From NCBI GenBank assembly GCA_951406725.2, contig OX597815.1:199640001-199704000 (forward strand): a DNA stretch of 64,000 bases, given 5' to 3'. Within the stretch, counting starts at the first letter, position 1. Every line of letters starts with the position of its first letter. The position numbers were made by a program, and so were the translations under genes. This DNA comes from Octopus vulgaris. Lineage: Eukaryota. Positions 14,301-26,700 of this stretch are shown here, one piece after another. The notes under the pieces are model-generated. The model was not told the origin of the DNA. It did not search any database and was given only the letters and a program-made list of their open reading frames with translations.

Positions 14301-17120
14301 AGTGTTCCACTTTGTTAAGTGTCGAGTATAAATTATGAAAATCAATGCATTTTAACACATTGAAACATTTTTCACCCCACCCCGTGCTTTTGGTAGTACT
14401 CAATTTCAAATGTGAGTTTTGCTTGCATTAAAATCTAAGATATATTTACTTAATCTGAACTCAATAAAAGCATGTCACTTTTTCTTTTAGAATCTAGTAT
14501 GAAAATGAGATTACCAAAATATGTGATGTATATAAAACATGGTTTATGTTGAGTGATGTGTGTACATTTAGCAAGAACTGTGTTTATAAAGCGACTGTTT
14601 ATTTTAATGCTTGTAAAATATAGATTTGTACAATGTTGGAACACGCTGATTTTCATTCTTATCCTTGCTTTCCCATATCTCAACATGTATGTCTGCAGCA
14701 GTATTTTGTGGCTTCAAATTACGACTTAACGGTATCTCTTCAGTAAATCTCAATTAAAATCTGTCAATTTATCTGTATTTTTATAAAACTTTTCCCTACT
14801 AAGTATAGGAAACTATTGAAAGATTTGCAAAATGTAATGAAGCTATTTCACCAATGGTTAATGCCAACAGTCACTTGCCATTTTATGATGGGTAATATCA
14901 TTAAAATATTGGTGAGTGGTTGTAAAAAAAAGAATCTGGCAAGCTAGCTATGTTTGACATTTAGGCATAATTAGATAGGTTAGAAATCACTTAAGTTATT
15001 TTTCTACAAATTCAGGTTATTTTAGAAACTTGCATAATTTTTATCTTTTCCATATTTTGAAACCTAACCTAACCTTCGCGTAGCTACACTTTGAGAGGAG
15101 TTCAATTCATGATATAAATATTGGTATATTGTAACGGTCTTTTCCGGTGTCTTTGTCAGGATATTAGGCCACTGTTATTTAATGGATACAAGTTTGTAAA
15201 TGGTGTCATCTCAGTGTATTGGAAGGGATGTGTTTTTTCTAATAACTTTCTCACTCCCTTTCTATCTATCTTCATATTCATGTATTTGAAAATTTGGCAG
15301 TGACTGGATAAAGACTGAACTTAAGTAAATAAATCAATGTTAATGGTTCTTAAAATAGAATGCTTGATGATCCACAGAAATGTCTAGGAACCTGTAACCT
15401 GTAGTCAGGAGAACATGGTGATTACATTCATGCACTTGTTTTTAAGCAGTTGTTCAATGGACCCTTTGATATCGTCTACTAACTGGTAAAGATATTAGTT
15501 TGGAATTCATATTTTTTCCTTTACTAAAAGAAATAGAAACTGTGAAAACAAAACCATAGACACAGAAACCACTTGTTAACCAGTTTTATTGGGTGCTCTG
15601 TCAATGTCCTAATTAAACAATTGTTGCTATATTTTCAACTAACATTTTCTTGGAGAGTTGTCCATAAATTCCTCTACACAGTACCTTCTTATCACTGATC
15701 CTTTATGATCAAATTATTAAAATCATCCGACAAAGTTCTTAAATATTTTGAATGCATGTGTATTTACATCTTGATTATGTGAAAGTCTTAACATTCACAT
15801 GTTGTTAAGAACTTCTGTCAATAAATTGCCTGCTCACTTAGTGCCTTCAAGTCCTTGTGGAATAAGAGATCTTTTACTTATTAAAAAAAACCGAGAGGGC
15901 ATCCAACTATAAATGAATGCTTCAGTAGCATATTCATCTAACTCATGCCAACATGGAAAAGCAGATGTGGAACAAATGAATGAGAAATTGCATCTCATAC
16001 TGAGTAAATGAATTTCTCATTCAATATTACCTAATATCATATCAGTAGCATGTGTCCAGTGTCAGTTTTTAACCTGAGGGTTTATGCTCAGTAGTTCTTG
16101 AAAATCACCTAATTCAATTACTCTGTATTTTCTCGTTAGTGCATCTGTTATTTTGTAACTACACTGTTGCATTGGCACAGTTAATATTCTTTAACCTCTA
16201 GCTGCTATCTTTTCCTTGTACTGCAGTTATATGCTCATTTTGTGTACTTAACTATTTATGGTAATTAACAATAGGTAATTTGAATAATTCTGTCATTTCT
16301 AATTGTGTGAGTGGGTGAGTATTTACTCCCATTAATTATAAGTTTTTATTGGTTGTGGAATATGACATTATTTTTATGAAAGGGAATTTGTAAAACATAT
16401 ATATATGAAATGTTGGAGGACAAAGAATAATGGCCATTGAATGGAAATGATTTGAATCGATGATGATTCGGGTGATTATCAAAAATATTGGTTGAAATTG
16501 CTAACTCCTGTTCTATAATTTTATAATTTCTACCAATGCAAATTAGTAGTTGTGTGAAGTTTTAATGTTTTATAGTCCAGTGACTTATTCCCATTAGTAA
16601 CTTCACAAGTGCTAAACAACAATAAAATTATCTTGGGTCTCAAAAGAAGCATACATAATTATATAGGTTGTAAATTATTTTCTTGTTCGAATACTTACAA
16701 AAATTTTTAATAATTGCTGACAAGTTTGAAAAAATAATTAACTGTGTTTGAAGCATGTGTGCGTATGTGTATACATGCACACACACACACTTGGATTATA
16801 ATTTTATATTATCTAAATTGAGATGTTGCAAGACAGTTAAAAAAAAAAAAGAAAAAAATGTAATTAAAATATTGATACCACCTTCCTAACCCATCCATTA
16901 CATATAGATTCTGCGTAGTTAAATTTTAACTCTTTTGTTATGATATTTTCTATTTAAATGCGTCAACGTAGTTAATTTTGAAAATAATATATTTGGTAAA
17001 ATAACTTTTGTCATTATCAAGCTGGTGTTTGAAATACCAGTTAACGTGAAATTTTGATAATTTAGATCCTTCAAAAGAGAAAGTTTGTATTGTAGAATTA
17101 GGAGCAATATTAGGTTGGTC

Positions 17121-17332
17121 AGTGTTTAAACCAGCCATATCCGGCTAAAATATTTTACCTATTTTATGTTCAAACTAGTCAGATATAGTCATTCGTAGCT
17201 ATTTTATTGTCATTTTAAAAATAAAGAATCACATCATTGAAATCTCAAAGCCATGAAATGATACAAGATTAATTTTACATGGTGTGAATACATAAGCTTT
17301 ACATTTTACAGAATAATCTGAATGCTAAAGGG
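17121..17332. mobile_element. piggyBac-like MITE, family 1 (opposite orientation to 755; left terminus damaged)
   Basis: Right end gctaaaggg-TTAA; about 94% identical to the reverse complement of 35966-36179. Confidence 0.85.
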
Positions 17333-18794
17333 TTAAGGCAGTTGTTGATATTGTTATCAATATGATGTATTATAAATATGATATATTACAAACAAGCCTA
17401 ACTTAATGGATATTTCATAAATATAATCATTGTCATACCGTTTTACAAACGTTTTTATATTGCTGTAAAATCGATTTACTGTATTAAATTGTAGTCAAGT
17501 AATGGAATCCTTAATTTTCTGTTGAAATGGAAAGAGTATATTGTGTTAAAGTAGTATTTCAAATGCAGTGTAGCTGTGAAATCGGTTTCCAAAAGCAAAC
17601 AGGAACAAAATTTGTTTACAAATATGTTGTTGTTGAAAAGAGCATTGTTTTTATTTACTCCTCCTGGTTATACTCTTTTGTTGAAAGTTTTACTCATATT
17701 TATTACACTTCACCCTTTGATACTAACTTGTTTTGAGATTGCCCCCGATTCTATGATGCGAGCTTCCTGTTTCAAAGTAATCAAAAATTTTATGTTAATT
17801 TAAGTTCTAAACAACTTTGCAAAGTTACGTTATTAACTTGTTTATATTTTCAAAATTAATTAGAAATCCAGTGTATTTTAACGAATGTGGTAATAAACTA
17901 GTTTAAGAATTTTCACACTTCTATTTCGAGAAGACTTAATTTGAATTTGGTTTTCTTTATTGTATAATGTTTTCAGCCCTTAAAATTTATGACTAGTTTT
18001 CATCTTCGCTACTCGAAATATGATTTCAATACCAACTTATTGATGTAAAATTTCATTGCTTATTGCTTTTCCTAGGATTTTTCATAACTCGTGAAATCTC
18101 GAGTCATTGTAAATTCTTAGTATCAATCAATGAATTTCATCAGTTGTAAATGTAATAATAAAAACCGATTTATCTAGTTTTATGTGAGAGTTGCTAATGA
18201 CATTATTACATTTTATTATTTCTCTCTGTATTAATCATACGTATAGTCAACTTAATGAGCCAATGAAATAAGATTAACTATCTGATTGAGATGTGATTGG
18301 ATAAAGAATCAGTTTGATCTTGAGATTTAATGTTATTTAAGCCCCTTTTATTAAAATCTAATGACTACTCGCACAGTAAAGGAACTGAGCTTAGTATGGT
18401 AACTTTCGAGGCTAGTTTGTCAGAAACAGAGGAGAATTTTTATAGTAAAAATCAATTAACCACGACTTGGGAAAAGGTAGCTCTCTTCTGCCAACATACC
18501 ATTGGAATTAAGATCTTCGAAGATGCTGAAAATCTAAATCAGTAAAACAAGGAGTCAAGGAGTTTGCGGTGAGATGGGGGACTTGTTCATACCTGAAGAC
18601 TCCATTGAATTAGGTTTAGTCTTCAATAAGACTACATTATTAAAAATTATTAATCCTTTAGCTGCAAAATCGAATTTTATGGCAATTTCAGTAATGATGA
18701 TGAATATCTGCCAAAAATGTAATGGTTATTTTCTGCTAGTCACATTTCTTTACCAAACTTGATATAGCTCAACAACAAAAAATATAATTTATAC

Positions 18795-18799
<5 letters not shown>

Positions 18800-18843
<44 letters not shown>
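18800..18843. repeat. (TA)n microsatellite; others at 34521-34572, 36781-36816, 50666-50709 and 54761-54807
   Basis: Direct reading. Confidence 0.95.
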
Positions 18844-18846
<3 letters not shown>

Positions 18847-18848
<2 letters not shown>

Positions 18849-19075
18849 TTCCTTATTGCCTACAACGGGCTAAACACACAGGGGACAAACAAGGAGAGAC
18901 AAAGGGATTAAGTTAATTACATTGACCCCAGTGTATAACTGGTACTTATTTAATCGACTTTGAAAGGATGAAAGGCAAAGTCAACCTTGACGGAATTTGA
19001 ACTCGGAACTTAATGGCAGACGAAATACTGCTAAGCATCACACCCGGCATGCTAATAATTCTGCCGGCTCGCTGC
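18847..19075 (-). mobile_element. tRNA-related SINE, family C
   Basis: Reverse complement of the gagttcaaattcc...gactttgcctttcatcc core; flanked by (TA)n. Confidence 0.8.
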
Positions 19076-22000
19076 TATATATATATATATATATATATGT
19101 TTCAAGTATGGCATTCTCCAAGAGATATATTGGTATATAGAATTACTTTCTGCTGCTAAGGGTAATGAAACTTTGAGTGAATATATGTGTAGGTTTACTG
19201 TGGAAGTATAAATATTGGCTTATTCCTGAAAGCTACACTTCAGAATTTAATCCCTGTAGACATTGATTCCTAAACTTTTTTGTATGCCCTGCATCTCATT
19301 TTCAAATCAAAGCAAGGCACTGTCTTGGTTGTGTTTTGCAAGCTTGACTGAATACAGGTACTTTGCTGATTTTTGACTTGATTGGTGGAAGAACTGAATC
19401 CAGACATGCATAAATATATCTTGCAAATGAAACAAGGGCACAGTTCTTGGTCATAACCATTTCTAGGTTAAATCTAAGCAAAAAATTTTGGTGCGATTTA
19501 GTAGGACCAATTTATATAGAAGCAGTAACTTTTTCTTTGTTGTACTCTTTTGAAACGTCACAACACCTTTTGTGCTGTGAACTCTTGCTACAGACACCAA
19601 GAGTGTTATTGATGAACTTTGAAAATGAAACTGTTTCTTTATTCATGATACTCGAGGCATTAAATATTCTAACGTTTTCAACCTATGCTAAATGTGTTGC
19701 GTTCATTACACGCATATTTAAAAGCAAATATTTCACTTCCTGCGTAATGAATTTTAACTGCCAGTTTACGTTAAATTTGTAACAAGTTCAAGTGAGAAAT
19801 AGTGCATGTGTACTCAAGATGAGTTTTAGTTAGTGTTGGATTGCTAACAGTATCTTGTTTTTTTTTGTAAAATAGATGTATTTTTGCAGTTTGCTTCTTT
19901 TATTTAAATGCTACCTGTCTAACATCGTTACTGCTGTATTTTAATGCTTTTGCGAATTTAACTACTAACAAATTTTATGCTTACACCTTTTGATTTTTTT
20001 TTTTTTTTTTTCTTTTATATATATAACTTTAGAATTACCATTTGGAATGTTTTTTTTATTAAGTAATTTTTCGTTACATATATTTAAATATACTGTGTGC
20101 TATTATATGTAGCTATCTAGTTGATCTCACATATGTTGAAAAATAAAAGAAATTTGTCTGATTAAAAGTACTTTAGTGTCGTAGGTGAAATTTTATTAAA
20201 AGGTGTAGGGGGGGACTGAAACTGTCTTTGCTCCGTTTGTCAGGGACTTTAATGTACTGGGATTTGTGTGCAAAAAAATTCTGATTGTACACTGCTTACA
20301 GACTTTCAGTACAGACCTTCTTCTAATTATAATACAGCAGAAAATGATCAAATTCAGGCAGATTCTTTAAAGTGTTAGCTAAAATCTTTTGCAGTATTTA
20401 GTTATGAATCTATACTTTAGTAATTCAGTTTGTACTACTGTCAAACTTTCTTTCAATCCCTTAGGGCAATAAAATAGAATTCCAGTTAAATATGGGGTGT
20501 TATGGTCAATAAAATGGTACATGTCCCTCTGAATTGAGGAACTTTTTGCCTTTTCAAGAAATAGGTAATTAAAGCTATAAAAGATTTCGTCTAAATGAGT
20601 GTGGATATCATGTCTGAACAACATTTAAATTTAGTATTGGTGAGCATCATGAAGTCACAGGTTATCATTATAACAACCCTAGCACAAGCATTTTGAGAGG
20701 AGCTTTTAGTAGTCATCTTTTCCACCTTCTCCATCTTGTTCTAAAGTGAGAGCTCAGTCGTTGTGAAAAAGTCTTAGCTTATTAAAAGAGGTTCTTTCAC
20801 TACCAGGTGAGTTACTTGGTGTGAGATCTAGCAATCGGAGTGATTTTAAAGATTCTAGTTGAGTGATGTTCCTGATAAAGGGAAGAGGAATGTGTTTTCT
20901 TGGTATAAGTAGAAATTTGTTTCCTTATTGTTGAGAAGAGATGAGATGGGCATATAATTTGAGGAGGCTTTCAAGTCAGTGTAGGTTTGATCCGGTTGCA
21001 AGTGTATAATGCATGTCTGGGAGGAACGAGGGTCACTGTCATTTCTTTTCCTATTAAAATGGTGCTGGATGTCACTGGAAATAGGTCATTGTTGCGTAAC
21101 AGGAAGATAGTTGTATAGAAAATCATACCTTCATGAATATTCCGTATGTTATTTTAAAAATTATTTTAAAATGCATCCACAAAAAAAAACTGCATTTAAA
21201 CGATTATACTTTGTTCATAGGAAGTTGTTGAACGAACTGATTTTGTAAGATGAACAAAAATTGTTCTCTCCTGAACTTTTTATATCCTTGTGTCACCAAC
21301 ACCTATTACTGTGATGTTTCAAACCTGATGTGTCTGTTTTAGATTTATGAGGAATTACTACTTTTAGCATTGGCTTCAGAACTCTTGTTTAGAACTGGAA
21401 TTAATCCTTAATCTGTATCTGTTAAACTTCTCTTTCATTTTTCCTGTTGGTTTGAGAAATAGTGTTTGGCTCCCTATTTCAAATTATTTGCATATGAACT
21501 GTCTAATCCACAATAGAAGAGAAAATAGCTATTACACCCTTGTACTAGTGTGTGATGTGTTCTGTCTATCTGTTATTAATTGGAGACAATTTTCAGTCTA
21601 AATATTTCTGGGATAGAAATATAAAAATTTGGTTATTTTGTTTTAAATTTTAGTTTTTATAGAAAATGCTATAACTTAGAAAGAAAATATCTTTGTGAAT
21701 TCTTTCTATGAAAATGAATTATCGCTGTAATATGCAACTTTTTTATTGTATGTACATAACTGCCTGTACTTTTAAAATGGGAAAAGGCTATTCTTTACTT
21801 TCTCTATAAAATAAATAAAAGCTTTTATAATGGAATATATTCATTGTTTTCAAAAACCAATGAAATATTTGCAGGAGTTTGTAAACAAAATGTTGCAAGT
21901 TGTATTAATCCTTCTTATTGGCTTTTAAAGCTTATGCATGTATACAGCTGGAGTTTGGGGGGAGAGAGAGAGAAATTCTATATCATATTATAGATATTTC

Positions 22001-23646
22001 TCAGACACCAATTTGACATTGGTACTCTACTGTGTAATGTAAATTTAATGAGTTGTGTTACTGATATTTCTACATCCGATTCTACTCATCCATTCCACCA
22101 AAAATATCACTAGGGCAATACACCTAGAATCTCAAACAAAATAAAGAGGGGGGAAAAATGCTTGGTAGATTAATATTCAAAACCATACTATCAGCAATCA
22201 GCAAGTATATATACAAAAAACAAAAAAAAATCTTTTAATTATCTGATGTTTTTAAAGTCAAAATATGTAGGATGCTGAATAATTCATCTACAGTTTTTCT
22301 CTCTTTTTTTTAAATGTGTGGTGGGGAGACTTTTAGAAGTAATGTTCTACATTCTGCCTTAACTTCCATCAAATAAATAATTCTCGGTAATAAATTTTTA
22401 TCTCTATTGCACTGTGTGCTAAGTTTCACAAAATTGTTTCCTTTACTTACTCTTTGTATTACTGTTTGAAATTGGTTTGTGAATTTCTTTATTTTTTTTT
22501 TATTGGGTTAGTTTTAATCCTATTTCTTTTTGTATTTTATTTGTAAAATGGGCTTGATAGCTGTGTCATGAAATTTGTTCCATAAAACATCACTTTAGTC
22601 ATACTCTCTCTGAACTGTTCCACTAAAGTTCTTTGTAATGATGTGAACAGTACTAAACACGTGTGTAATATGACGACTGTGAATCCATATTTTTATCCTC
22701 ATTTCTTTGTTATATTTAAAATGTTTTCATAAAAAATAGTGGATAGAAATGTTAGACAGACATAAATCTTGAACTAAGTTAAATTTGAAGCGAGAATTTT
22801 CCTTGGCCCCATGGTTTATTCTAGTTCTGAATACTGTAGGTTGACCACTTCAACATGAATAGGTGACAGATTTTAGTGCAAAAATCTGCCCATTGGCTGT
22901 CCCCTGATCGCAAAAGCTTGAATATACATAAATATGAAATGGTAAATCCAGTGTAAGCAAAGTGCAAATTCAGCCCTTTTTGCAATGGGTCTACGGAGTG
23001 AAAAAGACGATTCCTTGTTTGATAAAATTAAAGATGCAAGGCACAGCAATTGCATGTACGTTTGGATATGAAGCAGTGTGGGTTGTTTTGATGTTTTTAG
23101 GTTGGCATAAATATTTTTACTGCTAAATATATTTTCTTCTGTTAACCACTGAACTGTAAAATAGTTAAATCTCTTCTTTAATTATGGAGTGCACACAGTA
23201 GAAAGGGCAGCCATGATCGGTCTCTAGACCAGTAATTTAAATTCTCCAGTGCAAGTGTACCCATTGCTTACACTGAAAGACCTTGTGTCCTTCTACACTT
23301 GAGGCATATTTTTTAACATTACTGATTGGTCTTAGAGGCTGTTTACTAATAAAGTGAATCAAAATATTATCCTTGTATTCACACACAAACTGGAAGAAAC
23401 ATTAAAAAAAAAGTATTATTGGAATGTGCTATTACTGTATGTTGTTTAGTATTAAAGCGTAATGCGATGATAAAGCCTGTGTATTTCAATTTAGTGACAT
23501 TGGGAAGGGCTGTTCATTGACACCTTTCAGAAATAGACCCCTTATTAAAAACAGATGTATTTTAGTTAGTCTTCAGTGTATTATGATCTTATAGCTTTTG
23601 TGTGAATTGTAATTAAATTTGTCAATTTTTTAAATGTTTGTTTCAG

Positions 23647-23734
23647 AACACTTCCATATATTTGTTGGTGATTTAAGTCCAGATATTGAAACTCATCAAC
23701 TACGGGATGCCTTTAAAGCTTTTGGAGAAATATC
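23647..23734 (+). CDS. TIAL1: TIA-1/TIAR exon, RRM2 start ([29 protein letters not shown])
   Basis: Acceptor tttgtttcag, donor gtaagt; 88 nt; RNP2 motif IFVGDL. Confidence 0.95.
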
Positions 23735-26700
23735 GTAAGTATATGACTATTATGTGGTTATGGTTCTCGTCACAAGATGTTGCTTAACCATGTAAGCTCA
23801 AAGTTTGTAGTTGCTTGTCTTAAAAATCAAAAAGCAGAGCAGTATTGGTTATTTGAATCTTGGTTGGATGCAGTTGATTTTTACTCCCCTATTAAAGGTA
23901 TTATAGATTCTAAAGATAGCTTGAAGCTTTTGCTTAAAACTGAGCACATACAATTAGCTTAATGTAGACTTCAGTCTGACACAATACAAGAGTTTGATTA
24001 TAATTTGAAATCACAAAAATCTATACACACATGCACACACACTCACCACACACATACACCAGTATGCAGCTGCATGTATGTAAATGCAATCACTCAATGC
24101 GTACTGCAAGACATTGAAGAACTCGAGAAATATAGACACAGTTATCTTCCTAAGTCTACGTAATTCTTTGTGTAAAATATATTTTACACCTGTTGAGGTC
24201 AGACCCTTAAAATTTGAACATGCATTGGATATTATGATATAATCAATTTCTTTCTCCCTCAATGTACATGTTGCATGTAATTTTTTTTTTTAGGTTGGTG
24301 AGCGCTTAAAATTTCATTTTTGTTTTGGAAGAAAAAAAAATGTATGTAATTAGGTAGAATCTTACCATTTTATGAACTTTGGTGTAAACAAAACCATTTA
24401 GGTCCTTTTTTGTACTGTAGTAATTGTAATATCAGCTTATATGTCATCATAGAAAATAGATATATACTATGTGTAATTCACATATGATAAAAGGAATATT
24501 TTTTGACTAGAAGGAATGCATTCCGAATCATTTTTTATTTTGGCCAACTTTTGAAGTATTTCATGACTTTAGTGTGTCTCGGCGGTAGACTGCAGAAGAC
24601 TGTCACTCGGGAAGTAAATTATTTTACCAATATACATATACAATCATAATGAATGAATGGTCTTCGTCTGTTTAGGCAACAAGTTTGACGTTTTACTCGA
24701 CAAATCTTTGCATCTTTTAGGATTACCCAGCTGATAACATCTTGGCTTTCAGTAAGCAGCTGAGTTTGACAGCATTGCAAAATGCCTTGTTTCTAGCTCT
24801 GCTTTCTGGATCATGGACCTTATCCAAATGATTATTTTCAGTAATATATGATTAATTCACTCAAATATTTCAGTGAAAAAAAATTACTTCCTAGACACGT
24901 TGATTTACTTGGAAAAGTTTTCTGGTGTTCAAGAATTAGAATTCTCTCATCAGTTTCTGCTATATAGTTTAATTGTTCTATGGGACAACCTCATAATCTT
25001 CGTTTTTATTGGATGAATTTCCATTTAACTCTTCTGTTGAATATTTTTTGCCTTGAGTTTTAGTAATTTTCCATGGTATTTTGTTGATATTGTGAGGTAA
25101 AGAATAGAAGCAATATAAAATTTTAGAAGTCAAGAACGTTTATTATAGTTTAAACAATGTGATAGCTCACTTTCAATCCTTCTTCTCTACCTTCCATACA
25201 ATGTATGTGAAAGAACTGCATAAAACGCCTTGAGGTTTATAAATTTTGCCCCAATTCTTTACATTTGAGACCATCCAGTCTGATTTCAAACCCACACTAT
25301 TTATTCCCCAGTATTCATTTTCCCCTCCACCTTTCAAGTTTGTGTGTATGTGTAACTTCTAATTTTCATGATCACAACCTGGGAAGATTGTTTTGGTTTA
25401 TACTTTTCAGCTCAGTGACTTTTAAAATTAGGAAACTTGTGTTGCTAAATTAACAGAGCTTTTTTGCCTTCTCTCTCTGTCTAAATCAGTTTGCAATAAA
25501 GCTACTTGAGTCTAATTTGCATTAAAATAGCATGCAGTAAGTCATTGTTGAAGCCATGTTCACTATTATGTTTGCTGTTACTGTTGTTTCAGATGAGGTT
25601 GCAATTAAAATTATACACAAGGTTATATTATTAAACTGGCCAGAAGTCATTGAACTGCTTCTGTACTGGAGCACTGCCTTCAAGGATTTAGTGGATTATA
25701 TTAACCCTTACCTCCTCAGTATGCGTCTCAGTCCTGTCGCTAATAAGTTTCAATTTGGCAAACCATAAGATTAGGGTGTATCAAGTGACACAATCCACAT
25801 ACTTTTACACACACACATACACACACACACACATGCACACACTGTGGTCTTTTGCCGTTTCCATCTACTGAATTCCGCTCACAGACTATTGGTTAACCTG
25901 ATACGAAGACACTTGCACGCCTAAGGTGATTGCATAGTTAGGATTGAACCCAGAACTATGTAATTGCAGAAGTGAACTTCTTTATTACCCTACCACATCT
26001 GTACTTATAAAAAGGCTTATGTGCATTATTTACAATTTTTTAAAATCAATTCTGTTTCACTTCCCCCTGCTCCATTCCTTTTTTTTTTTAATCTTCCATT
26101 TAGTTTTCTAGTTTGTTATTATATGCGTTTGTGTGCATGTTTGTGTGTGTATATATATATATATATAAATAAATATATATATATATCACGTGATCACGTG
26201 ACCGACCAGTCCATCAGATGTAGTTACACATCGCTGGTCACAATGCGTTCGCATTGTTTTAGCCTTCGAATGACGCCAACCCCGCTGGCTAAGCGAGCAG
26301 GCCAACAGTAGAAAGAGTACAGCAGGGATCACCACCCCCTGCCAGAGCCTCGTGGAGCTTTTAGGTGTTTTCGCTCAATAAACACTCACAATGCCCGGTC
26401 TGGGAATCGAAACCACGATCCTGTGACCGCGAGTCCGCTGCCCTAACCACTAGGCCATTGCGCCTCCACATATATATATATATATAGATATATACGAACA
26501 CACACACACATGCTCATACATGTATATGCATATACCTGCATACGTATATATGCACACACATGCACATGTGTGTATATTATATAAAATGTAATAAGGTGTC
26601 ATTGACATAACTTGCGTGTTAGTGTTTGTTTGGCTGTATGGCAGAGTTAGCTTGTGTGCTACTAAAATGTACGCTTTGTGACTGGCTCTGTGTGTCACTT

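Noticed and set aside
20860-21120. LINE reverse-transcriptase remnant (minus-strand IFLLRNNDL)
   Set aside because: Only one weak motif, not enough to call.
1-23646. RRM1 exons or another gene upstream
   Set aside because: I scanned for YVGNL, DPYCFVEF and VNWAT codons with splice sites and found none. A micro-exon cannot be excluded.
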